From: an uncultured Candidatus Saccharibacteria bacterium
Lineage (GTDB): Bacteria > Patescibacteriota > Minisyncoccia > Phycocordibacterales > UBA9973
Assembly: GCA_964484005.1 (NCBI GenBank)
Contig: CAZADR010000001.1
Span: 43,927-107,926, forward strand
Direction of reading: 5' to 3'
Length of the DNA: 64,000 nucleotides
Shown: one piece after another, positions 63,790 through 64,000 of the stretch
How the letters are laid out: each line of letters starts with the position of its first letter
How positions within the stretch are numbered: the first letter of the stretch is position 1
Program-made: the position numbers and the translations under genes
Notes under the pieces: model-generated
The model's input: the letters and a program-made list of their open reading frames with translations, nothing else
What the model was told of the DNA's origin: nothing
The model's database searches: none

Positions 63790-64000
63790 TTAGATTTCCT
63801 TGATGGCTTCGATGATGATGCTTTTTTCGCCGTTTTTGTTGGAGATTTTTCCTGAAAAAGCGATGCACTTTTCAGGTACCAATATGTCTATGCTTTCTTT
63901 GAAGATGGAAGGGAAGGCGACAGCTTCGATGGAGTCGGTGAGGTCGGCTATTTTAAGAAATGCCATGCGTTCGTTGTTTTTGGTGACTACTTGCCTAGAG
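63790..64000 (-). CDS. dnaE: 3' fragment of the DNA polymerase III alpha subunit (C-terminal OB-fold region); the gene continues beyond the window
   Basis: The minus-strand frame open to the window edge translates ...VVTKNNERMAFLKIADLTDSIEAVAFPSIFKESIDILVPEKCIAFSGKISNKNGEKSIIIEAIKEI*. This matches the DnaE C-terminal RMAF..LED..G.iE.vvFP pattern. Confidence 0.55.
   Translation of the reverse strand, partial: SRQVVTKNNERMAFLKIADLTDSIEAVAFPSIFKESIDILVPEKCIAFSGKISNKNGEKSIIIEAIKEI

Overview
AT-rich (about 30-35% GC) bacterial chromosomal segment that looks like a Patescibacteria/CPR-type genome: small proteins, lysine-rich N-terminal tails, TAA-dominated stop codons, a short ProRS and few Shine-Dalgarno signals. 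Core housekeeping genes run through the window: dnaG (C-terminal fragment), rpoD, tsf-rpsB, proS, mreBC, tgt, a speA-like decarboxylase, RNase P RNA, tRNA-Thr, tRNA-Ala, tRNA-Asn, mscL, ndh, hpf, fmt-def, hisS, lepB, pth and a dnaE 3' fragment. Accessory content is interleaved with these. (1) A 1333-aa tail-fibre-like surface protein with a collagen-like Gly-X-Y stretch, repeated GNVGIGTT blades, a C-terminal peptidase_S74 autoprocessing domain, and a G9 homopolymer in its promoter. (2) A GC-shifted cassette of a zinc-ribbon/HTH protein, two RecB-like PD-(D/E)xK nucleases and a four-helix-bundle protein. (3) An island of about 13 kb next to tRNA-Asn with two paralogous large serine recombinases, an excisionase-like HTH, RepA_N-like genes, iteron-like repeats and unknown cargo. 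The first recombinase ends inside the tRNA 3' end, and the junction sequence recurs inside the second recombinase gene. (4) Two homologous structured-RNA-like elements of about 115 nt with compensatory base changes, each ending in a U-tract just upstream of a plus-strand gene. (5) Arrays of small secreted and membrane proteins, a two-gene operon with an Mrr-cat-like nuclease, two GC-rich secreted genes that are probably recent horizontal transfer, and a glycan-salvage cluster with three GH130 domains. No CRISPR array or rRNA was seen. All calls rest on motif recognition by eye; no database search was possible.
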